From: Paraspadella gotoi
Lineage: Eukaryota; Animalia; Chaetognatha
DNA: 64,000 nt
NCBI GenBank assembly: GCA_051294375.1
Contig: CM119263.1
Span: 10,810,703 to 10,874,702, forward strand
Direction: 5' to 3'
The translations under genes and the position numbers were made by a program. This document shows positions 53,746 through 64,000 of this stretch, one piece after another (position 1 is the stretch's first letter; every line of letters begins with the position of its first letter). The notes beneath the pieces were generated by a model. That model was not told where the DNA came from. It made no database searches and saw only the letters and a list, made by a program, of their open reading frames with translations.

Positions 53746-54203
53746 ATGGGACAGAAAGAGGCGATTTGACTGTAAATTATATAATGTATATTGTATCCTC
53801 ATTCCTCACAGAGAAATCCAATTTGGAAAAACGATAAAAGGATGACGGAAGATGTCAAAAAGTGAAGTTACATAATTATCATGGCATAAAATGAAAAAGC
53901 AAATCTGGAAAGTAAAGAAAATTAAAATAAAGGGCAAAATTACTATTTTCCCCGGCAAAAGCTTGAACTAAATGAATTATTTTTTGACTTATCAACCAGA
54001 TATCATGTATTGAGCCATTGAGGAATCCGCAGCATAAAGCTGCAACGAAACCTCGCCGGGGGATAACTGAATGAAAAATGAATGGCTGATCAAGTCCCTC
54101 TTGGAAAACGTAATGATGTAATCATTGCAGAGTGGGGATACTCGACACGAGAGGAGGACAGAAAGAGACACTGGGGGAGGAAGGGAGGGGAGGGAGGAGA
54201 GAG

Positions 54204-54242
<39 letters not shown>

Positions 54243-55119
54243 AAATTACCCGGCTTATCAAACAATGCCGATATCCATTCACACGTTAATAAGAAACAAA
54301 GTCGGGCGGATAAAAAATCATGAGCAACTTCGTATTAAAAATTCCTATCATCATTTTCTATATCATATTATTTACTTAAATTGATACCACGTAAAAAAAA
54401 AAATTACGTTACAGCTCAAAATCATTCTACGTCGCAGTTGCGAAACAACTAGACAATCTGGGTTGCAATTTGTCCGGAATTTAGACGGAGTTTAATCGAA
54501 ATTCGCGGGAAAATTGGGCCGGCGTCGGCCGGAGCCCCCAAGAGGGATGGAGCTCGCAAGTCGCAAGGAGAGAAGAGAGAGGAGCTTTTCGCATCGGAAC
54601 GAAGGCTACAACCATTAAACGTAAGAAAGATTGATTGAGAACTTGGAGGAGAACGAGAAAAAAAAAAAAAACCGGAATTCCGTCCGCGTCGGTCAGCATT
54701 TCGTCCGGTCTATCCGGACCGTTTCGTGCTCGCCCGTCTCTAGACGTCGTCTGCTTGGTTCTTTTTTTTTTTTAAGTTGCTTCTGTTCTTCCATTCGTAG
54801 TTTCATCTTCGTCGTCGTCGAGCTGAGATGTTGTTCTTCATTATCTCGTCTGAATCTTAGCGAATGTTATCTAGTAGAACTTCTTGTTGTTTCTGTTGCA
54901 AGTCTCATCGTTTGTCCTTATTGCTTCGTTCGTATTCGTCATCGCTGTTGTCATTGTAGTAGTCGTTGTGGTTCCCTCATCGTCATCCTCGAAGGGCGTC
55001 CTTCCGGTCCGACTAGTATCTCTCTCCGCCTTTCATTCCAAGGAAATTACGGGGAAATGGAAAATGAGTCGCCCGTTCGTTTATTCATAGTTCGCAGTTT
55101 AAAAGCAAAAGAAATTCTG

Positions 55120-55438
55120 TTATTTAATTTTAACGATTTGCGAAGACCGCCAGTGCGATGAGTACGCATATGCACAATGCAATGAGACGTTTGTTTCAAC
55201 GTTGACAGTTCCATCAGAATCGACCGGGAAAAACTCCTCATCGCAAAATGGCAGGAGGCTTTCCACAAATGTCTTTTTCTCCCTTTCATCGTTTCGTGTT
55301 TGTGTTGTTGAACATTTGGGTGGAGCGGCGCCCATCAAACCACCAATGGAAACTCAGAAGGGATGATGTGGCGTTCTTGTCGTCGTTGGCGTCGTCCTCG
55401 TTGGCCGATAAGCAATGTTTTCGACACTCGAGGCCAAT
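55120..55438 (-). CDS. Possible Ig-like (C2-set-like) exon, frameshifted
   Basis: tttag| acceptor, then IGLEC...SFHWWFDG and, after a frameshift, KTFVESLL...NVSLHCAYAY. The Cys-Trp-Cys spacing is Ig-like. Confidence 0.3.
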
Positions 55439-56381
55439 CTAAATAATGTAATGACTGCCATTAGCGAGAACCTTGACCAAAGATAACTTGGAAGTTCTCA
55501 GGAAAAAAAATAAATACATACATTTAATAACAAGAACGGTGATTCCAATGTGTTGCGCCGCACTGATTTTATTTTCATAGCCCGTATATTTATGACATGT
55601 ACTTTATCGAAATTCCGTCTTTAATTCCTTATAGTTTTAGGATTTCCTGAAGGAGGAGCTAGAAGTCACTTTGATTTGAGGTTTTTTCCTGTCTTAACAA
55701 ATGAGCAACCAACTATAAGCGAATTATATATATTTTTAACGTAAGTGGGAAAGACCGACCGACAGACATATCGACAGACCGACCGAAAAGTGACTTATAG
55801 AGTTGCTCCACGAGTACTCGCGACGCAACTAAAAAAGAAAAATACGAATAATATTTTCTCATCGGATTAGTGAGGAGTTCGTTGAAAATGAGCCTCGCAC
55901 ACTTTTTACTTGCAAACAACGCGTGTCAAGCAAAGCTGCTTAGAGTCGTTTTTTCTCTCCGTGGATTATTATTTGAGATTATAAAAAAAAAAAACAAAGA
56001 TAAACTGAGAATTATAATATTGAAAGTTCTCCTTAATGGAAGGTTTAGTCTTTAGATAGTATTATTACTTTTGTTACTTTACTACTTTTTGAAAAATATT
56101 ACATATGCAAAACATACTAAATATTCAAGCTGGAATATTCAAGTTGAAATTCGAGGCAGAAAATAAAACTTTTTAATGATAGGATCGGTTAAAATCTGCG
56201 AAAAAGATTTAAAAAACAAATGGTGCAGCACCCTCCCGAAAAAGAGCAAAAAAATGACCAAGCTTGAAAATCAGCAGTAATCAGGGATTTTGAATTTGAA
56301 GAGAATTCGCAAAAGAAGAAAAAGATACTATGTGTGAATAATTAATAAAGCTTATCCATTCCTTTCTTACAAGATTAAATA

Positions 56382-56805
56382 TCATCCTCTCTTAATAATA
56401 ACTCCGTTTGCAAATCCATGCGGTAAGGTATTGGCGCCGAGTTCGATCCCCTGGTGCCAAAGGTGAGTCAGCGCCCCGCCGAAAACACTCGGGCGAAAAA
56501 GAGTAAATGAAGCCAATAAAGCGCCGCCCTTCGGTGACCCGCGGGCGGAACGGGAAGGCCTTTTGGGGAGGGCGTTGTGGTTCGCGCTGGGGGGTGAAGA
56601 GCTGGAGGGTTCGAAAAGGGTTCCGATCGAGTCTCTAGAGAGAGGCGGGGAGGGGACGTTGAGGATTAGGGCTGTCGTGAAGGATGGGGAATTGGGGATC
56701 GTCTGGGATAAAGAAGGGTCGAGAGAGGCGAAGATCACCGCTCGGACCCGAAACAAAAACAAGTCAAGATGGTAGAGAGTGTGATCTTGGTGGGGAAGGG
56801 GCATT
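56382..56805 (-). CDS. Candidate exon of an unidentified gene
   Basis: GC-rich island in AT-rich DNA, open frame (part of the 187-aa ORF), ttttatttcttttcaag| acceptor-like site; no recognisable motif. Confidence 0.25.
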
Positions 56806-57291
56806 CTTGAAAAGAAATAAAACCGGTTCGGCGCCAGCGCGTCTCGAAGGAATAATGTGCTACTTCGAAGCTGCAATTGTAGCGAGTTACGAAAATGAAC
56901 TGAAATCTTTTGTAAAAGATTTAACGCGAGAAATTTAGGGGGCATTTTCGGAAAACTGCGATGGTGATATTTAAACTTCGAAACGTGATCCTAAGTTTAC
57001 TTGGCTTTAAGGAGAAAAATATACAATATTTACCGAAAGTTTTTTCTTTGTCGAAACCCGCATCCTTTACGACCGTCACAGGCGGACGTGACGACAGGAA
57101 GTTCGGCGATCGTTTCTATGCCAAAACCGCGCGGCAGAAATCCCACTAAAATCCGAGAGCGAGGAGGAACTTTCCACAATTTATTGGTTCTATTTTTATC
57201 CCTTTTTCGACGGCGGTGACGACGACGACGTTGACGTCGAAAAGAAAGGGCGGTGACCCCGACGAGAAAGACAAAGAAGATGACAACGACG

Positions 57292-57325
<34 letters not shown>

Positions 57326-58223
57326 ATTCGACACGAAAATCCACACGAAATGTGAAGGATCACAGGAAGAAAAAAAAAAGGGCAAAATTAAAACAATTCG
57401 AGCACGTCAACGTCGAAGAGAATCGCTGCAGCAAGTCTTCCTCTTAGCAATCTCCGCCGCTTGCGGCAAATGGTTACGGCTTCGCCCTCCTTGTTTCCAC
57501 GCCGACCTTTCGGTCTAAGTTGAGGACGAAATGAGGAAAAATGGAGCGAATGGATAGAAGGGAGGAAACAGGGGGAAAAGGAAAGGAAGGTAGCAAATGA
57601 GATAAAAAAAAAAAGGGAAATAAAAAAAGAGAGGAAATAAACTGATTCGATTAACATGGAGCGAGAAAACAGTAAACAACAATGAAACGTTGCCAACTGA
57701 CTCTTTTAATTCTCCCTCGTTCCTAATTGTTCAGCCGGGCCATTATGGGGAAATCCCGAGACTCGAAAAACGAAAAACGAGAAAAATAATGAGAAAGCAA
57801 AAGCGAAGAAAGGAAGAAAAGAATTCCGTTGCCAAAGAAGCACAAAAGAAACGAAAAAAAAAAAACGGGACCAAAAGGGGGAAAAAAAGCGACAGGATTA
57901 TAAATGAAAGTCAGAAAAACAGGGAGCGTGACTAGAAAGAAACTTGAGCCCGAATTGCGCTTCGCCTTCCCCCCCCTACCTCCCGTCGCGAGGGTTTTTT
58001 TTTTGGTGACTCAAACAATCGTGAAATCTCACAACAGTCGAGCCCGGGTGAAGCAGTAAAACACCATAAAGGCACAATCGCGGGCCGATGCGAAGGAATA
58101 CGGATTTGAGAAAGAATCAACAAATACCGCAGTGTTTACTTAACTTTGAAGTTGGAATATCCTTCATATCGAATTTTCTACAGTGGAAATGGTTAATTCG
58201 AAACCTGAATATGGAAATTATTC

Positions 58224-58260
<37 letters not shown>

Positions 58261-58520
58261 CTCTCTTTTATTTCTTCTTTCTCTGGATCACTCTGGTTTC
58301 CCTATTTTATTTCTCCTCCCTCCCGATCTCCACTCCACTTACAATCCATCTTTTTCCCCTCTTTTCCTTCCCGTTGAAATTCGAGAAAACACGATTTTTA
58401 AATTCAGGAAAATTCTTTCTCTCTCTCAACTTAAAATCCGAGAGGATTTTTTTTCGAACTTTCTTTTCTCCCCTTGATCTCTGGCACCGACAATTCTGTT
58501 CGCCAAACATTACGTCATCG

Positions 58521-58611
<91 letters not shown>

Positions 58612-59395
58612 GAGACAGAGAGAGAGTTATAGAGAGAGAGAGACAGCGAGAGGAAAAAGAAATGGAGCACGGAAAGGTGAGATGAAATGATAAAAAAATG
58701 AAAAAATGGGAAATTGAAAGAAGGACCGGAAGGGAAAAAGGAGAGTTAAAAGATATGAAGGAAAGATGAGAAAAGAAAGAAAAGAAAGAGAGGAACGCGA
58801 TAAGGGAGTAAATAATAGAACATTGAGGAGAAGAAAAGAAAGAAGAGGCTGTAGGAGAGAGAGAGACGAGAGAAAAAAATTGAGAAGAAAAAACGAAAGT
58901 GTTCATAAATGTGGGTGATAGTGAAGAGGCGGAGATTTTTTCGAGAGAAAGGAGGAAAATGGAAAAGGAAAAGGGAAAAAAGGGAGGAAAATGGAGGAAA
59001 AAATAAAATGAAAACCGTTTAAATATAAAACTAAAGGGAAGCGAAGTAAAAGGATACAAATAAGTGTAATAGGAGGAACTATATGAAAAATTAAACTGGA
59101 AGCACTAAATATTTCAAAAAATTATTTGATTAGTTTTTAATATTAGTTGTATTATTATAATTATTAGTTGTACATATCTGGTCGTAAACGAGAATATTAG
59201 CCGCCGTGGTCTGGCATATCTTTCTACCTTTATTTTTTCTTCTTTTTCAACCGTCTTTTCTATGTCTCTTCAATATTCCTCAGCCTCGATATGAGACTAA
59301 TTATTGACACCACCCAACAACGCTACTTAACCCTGACCACAATCTCTCGTTACCTCTCTTTTTTCTGGTTTTCAATCATCAGTCCCACTTTTTGA

Positions 59396-59484
<89 letters not shown>

Positions 59485-59614
59485 ATCTACAAAAGTTGAT
59501 CCCCGGTCAACCTCATCGCCTCCTGATAAGAGAAACACGGAGGCGAAATGGGAGGAAGGAGTCACCTAAAAAAGGGTGCCACTTCTTAAAATCTCTTCTA
59601 CTCCAATTTTGGAG

Positions 59615-59685
<71 letters not shown>

Positions 59686-59839
59686 TTAAAGTTTAACTAA
59701 TCATTTACTTATAGAAATTAGAGTGTTTTCATTAAAAAGTTCTTCTTTTTATATTTTTCTTATAAAAGTTAAGTGATTTTTATAAAACTCGTTTTAAATG
59801 AATTTGGTATAACCATTAACCAATATTATATACTGTGGA

Positions 59840-60063
59840 TAAGGCGCTAAGTGGGCAGAAGATGACTATCCATAACTTCTATAACCCCCTCTTGCAGACA
59901 TGGAACGGGTCCTGGGCTTGGAACCAGGCTTGAGGGTTTGCCACGCCCCCAAGGCGGCTTACAGCCGTCCTCACTCTTCCCGCAGGGTAGGTACCGGGTT
60001 GGGATTGAACCCGGTACCTAGTGGTCATGAGCTGATGGCTTTACTCAATGAGCCACCGGGTCA
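59840..60063 (-). mobile_element. tRNA-derived SINE-like element (degenerate tRNA-Met-like head at ~60063-59990)
   Basis: Minus strand GACCCGG TG GCTCATTGAGTAAAGC CATCAG CTCATGA CCACTAGGTA CCGGG TTCAATC CCAACCCGGTAC: A-box-like TGGCTCA, B-box GGTTCAATCC at tRNA spacing, CAT in the anticodon position, unpaired anticodon stem, GC-rich body downstream. 3' limit approximate. Confidence 0.6.
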
Positions 60064-60777
60064 CAACTGAAAGAGTCATGCTTATAGGCGGGGTGAACCT
60101 AGGCAATGCCCGACTACAATACAACCAATAATACAATAATACAACCAATAATAATATGCGATTAAAAAGAAGTCAATAAAATTTTAAAAGTAACCCTCCA
60201 TGCGAGGAAACATACATAAATATGTTTCATATCCCGCTGCAGTCTGGATGCCGTCTAAAAAAAAGCTGCCACCACGATGTTTACAATTTACTCCGGGGAA
60301 ATATTCTGGCGCCAACTTCGGAGTCTTCGCAATTGTCATTCATCGACTTGAGTTTTTTGTTCTCGAGAAAAGTGTCTATGGAAAATTGAATACATTAAAC
60401 TAAATTGGCAGAGCCGAGCGGAAGTTGAGACGAGGACGAAAGAGGGGCGACGACGAAGACGACGATGGCGGCGATGGCGGCGGCGGTAGAAGCATCGGCG
60501 GTGNNNNNNNNNNNNNNNNNNNNNNNNNNNNNNNNNNNNNNNNNNNNNNNNNNNNNNNNNNNNNNNNNNNNNNNNNNNNNNNNNNNNNNNNNNNNNNNNN
60601 NNNNNNNNNNNNNNNNNNNNNNNNNNNNNNNNNNNNNNNNNNNNNNNNNNNNNNNNNNNNNNNNNNNNNNNNNNNNNNNNNNNNNNNNNNNNNNNNNNNN
60701 NNNNNNNNNNNNNNNNNNNNNNNNNNNNNNNNNNNNNNNNNNNNNNNNNNNNNNNNNNNNNNNNNNNNNNNNNNNNN

Positions 60778-60814
<37 letters not shown>

Positions 60815-62282
60815 CAGACGCGCGCTCTCTATTCTGTTTTGAGTCAATTGCTCGGAAAGATTGGATTCCAGTCCGGATATATTTATGTGGCTTCTCGTTT
60901 TGACAGCAGCTGCGAAAAAAAATACTTGGTTTGAGAACTTTGGTTCCAGAGGCGGGAGAAGGAACGTGGGGTTGGAGGGGGAGAAGTTCGACGAGTCTCG
61001 AATGTTAATTACGCTTCGCATCTTTGGATCTTCGCGCTCAGAGCCTTTTTTTTTCTGTGGGTTTTAATCATTAATGAGGCAGTCGTTCTACTTTTCCGCG
61101 CGCAGACGGCCGACTGATGCCAGATGCCAGCGGGTATTGGTCTCGATGCCAACAGAGTTTGGTTCCAAATTGAAAGAACGATCTTAAGAATCGATTTTGG
61201 GAAAATACACATTTCTGTTAAATTGTAAAATTGTTAAAATGTAAAAGTTTAAAAAGGGTTTGTTTTTTCATAATGACATAAAAGCGCATAAATTGCAATT
61301 CTTGCGCCTACGGTGAACATTGGGCCAAAAAAGATTTTTTTTTAGATTTTTTAAATTTTTTTAACCGACCTATCAATTTTCATAAATTCTACGTATACTA
61401 GAGGTTTTCCGATCTCTATTTCAGTAAATCTTTACCCATCACGCGGCCAGTCTTTGCTCGCGCGCTCCCGTCGTAATAAGTTCTTTTCCCTTAACCAATA
61501 TTCGGTTGTCCCCGGGCCAATTTTCGCCCGTCACCGCAGTCTCCCTCTCAAACCCCCGATCACCCAGACGAGACGATGTCCTCGTAGCGACGAAAACGAC
61601 GACGACAACGACGACGTGCCATCGATCTCTTGATCCTTGGCTCGACCCGAGATTCCGCCGGCAAATTAAAGAATGACTCCGACTCGAGCGCCAAATCGAG
61701 GCTCTTATTGGCCTCACCATAATCTTTTAACGCGACCAGAACGAGAGTAAAAATATTTTATTATTATTTTTTTTTTTTTTTTTTTGCTTATCGTTTAATC
61801 TAACGACGCTTTAGGTCTGGATCTAAACTCAACGTTTAATTTTCTTGTATCGGTATTTCGACTTTCTGTGATTTAACTGCCCCAAGCATAAATCAGAGAC
61901 ACACATATATTCAGAATTTAAATAAAGTACTTTTTTGAAACAATCAACCCATTAACTAAGAAATAAGATATTTTCTTTTCATGCCCACCAATCGTTGAGG
62001 TAAAAAAAAAAACACCGAGAAATATTTTTCGCATCAACTCTCCTAATGACGCTCGCGCCATAAAACGTCTTTCGTATTTTCCTCGTTGCGTATAATGCTC
62101 CATTTTTCTCTCGACTTGAAAAAAAAAAAACTGTAGTACGTACAGAAGTCTAGACGTACAGTATACGTACACCTTCTCGAAATCGAAAATCCTTGTCAAT
62201 CTCTTTCCTCTCAATTTAACCCCGCATCCAATATTTATTCTCCGATAGAGTAAAGAGACCACCAACAAACACACGCAATCCA

Positions 62283-64000
62283 CGGGGATATTATGTAACT
62301 TCCAAAGCTTATCTCATTCTTGAAGTAATAAAAAGCAAAGACTCAGAACCAGAAATCATTAGTGTGTAAGATTAGTCATCTAACTGGGAAATCTATGTAG
62401 ATATCCACAATTTACATACACCCAGACATAAAGCGCAACGAATACTTTGAACAAATATCCAAATGCAAGACATGACGGTAAAAGGATACCAAGTCTCATA
62501 ATGGGGATAGATGCTACAATTAGCCATGCCTGAGGGTAACTCAAATACAAAGGAAACGTTTCGAAGATCAGCTGGAAAAATATACTTACATGCTTAAATT
62601 CCGGAGAACCAACATTTTTCAGTTTCTCAGGCAACGCAAAGCCTGCTTAGATCTCTCGCGCCTGTGCAACGATAAACTTCTTCAGAGAATGCTGTGAATG
62701 GATAAATGGGTCTCTATACAGAGCGATCATATTTCCCCAATTACGATAATTAAGTTCTTTGGAAACGGGAAGCAAATGCTACTAAGAGGAAAATTACGAT
62801 TTGCAAAAAGTTCGCAGAGCAAGTCAGAACTCTCTGGGAGGAACCCCGTCCCAGAAGACGATAACGGTAAACATAGAAAATTGGGCAGAAGATTTTGCTC
62901 AAATAATTAAGAGACGCTATGACGAAAGTACTAAAGAAAACGTGTGAGAACAAAGGGTTTCATTAACTGTCAAAAACAGTCCAATTACTTCTGGGGATTA
63001 AAGGAAACTGCCACATTGGAGGGAAGAAGCGAGCCCGTCAACGATGAGTCGCTAAGAATTTTAATATACAATAGGTCTCCCTAGGAACTTTAGAAAAAGT
63101 CGTTAGAAATGTGGGCACTCATTGGAAGCAAAAAGTAGGACTTATTGGCAAGAATACAAAACAGCAGAAAAGAAATGGAAATATACAAGGAAATAGGCAA
63201 ATTAAGACATCGAAATCGCCCTCCCATCACTTATCGAGGCAAAGTGACACCAAGCAGTAGGCTATGAACGAGCAGAAAAACACATGCAAGGAGCTAGAAA
63301 AGGTTACAATCCCGACCCGATGAAACTTTTTGACGATGAATGGAGAAAGAGATAGACGATTACTGCATTAACAAATAGTCTGAAGTTTGTTCTCCACTAG
63401 CAAAAAAACGAGCAGGAGATGAGAACAGCCGACTTTCTCAGCGGAAGAATTTAACTGCGGTATTCACGTGAGTGTAAAAATAAGTCACTGCAGGGGAAGA
63501 CGGTCTCACTTACTTTATTGCTCAAGCAATTATCAGCTACAGTGCCTACTTCAACTTCTGACATTCATTCAACATATGTTGGCACGAGGCCTATTATCCA
63601 AAGGCGTGGAAAAAGAACAAAGCTAATAAACTCTTTCCGAAGAACAGGAAAAAATCTTAAAGAACTCCCAAAATCATGTCCCATAAGTCTCCTTTCATGT
63701 ATAGGAAAGTCTCTTGAGAGACTTATTTACAAAAAGGCAATAGGTGGATCTTGGACAAAGAAAGGATGAGAAATCGTTATCAAAGTCTTCATCTAGAGGA
63801 ATCCGGAGTCACCAAGATCTCTGGTTTAATTAACAAAGGTGTATCATCAGGCGTTCGAGAAAAGAAATGTGTAGTAGGTTGTTCTTGGACATCGAACTAG
63901 CATTCGATCAACTCTGGTGGAATGGCTTCGTTAACAATAGCAAAAAAGGGCTTCATCACAAATAATTGGATCATAAGCATTCTTGAGTGACCGATTCTCA
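62283..64000 (+). mobile_element. Decayed/frameshifted non-LTR retrotransposon (LINE) ORF2: APE endonuclease plus start of reverse transcriptase; runs off the window
   Basis: APE motifs (ISTIYIHP, LIMGD-like, CLNSGEPTF, CLDL, SDH); KSxGEDG; PKSCPISLLSCIGKSLERLI (family motif YRPISLLxxxGKxLERLI); FLDIELAFDQLWWNG (family motif FLDxxKAFDxVWH). Confidence 0.9.

Noticed and set aside
59990-60063. Functional tRNA-Met gene
   Set aside because: The anticodon stem (ATCAG/CCACT) does not pair, and the acceptor and T stems are imperfect; better explained as a SINE head or tRNA pseudogene.
60030-60080. Hammerhead ribozyme near the SINE-like element
   Set aside because: Only near-matches to the CUGANGA core (ctgatgg, ctgaaaga), with no properly placed GAAA or stems.

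Overview
Eukaryotic (invertebrate animal) genomic DNA from a poorly polished, gap-filled long-read assembly, with AT-rich introns, many (AG/CT)n and (CGA)n tracts and five N-gaps. Bases ~1-51,275 are about 20 kb of real sequence present 2-3 times. A giant fold-back has a left arm at ~4553-24709 and a right arm at 24940-~51275; its inner 1624 bp are identical, its outer arms differ by many indels, the right arm has an extra ~6 kb tandem copy, and 1-4552 is a further direct copy. The pattern points mostly to assembly or library artefact. The best gene is a complete 4-exon, 528-aa nicotinic acetylcholine receptor alpha-like Cys-loop subunit (minus strand, 49034-46650). It has a GC-AG first intron, a Pro-Gly-Lys M1-M2 linker predicting anion selectivity and a remodelled aromatic agonist box. 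Error-ridden second and partial third copies are at 6796-9430 and 40577-40680. Comparing the two arms also reveals a previously hidden LDL-receptor class A repeat, single-pass membrane protein gene (~20561-23100, mirrored ~26564-29071). The unique tail (51.3-64 kb) has a perfect 71-bp fold-back, telomere-like repeats, possible Ig-like exons, a tRNA-derived SINE-like head and a decayed non-LTR retrotransposon (APE + RT). No CRISPR or prokaryotic features were found.
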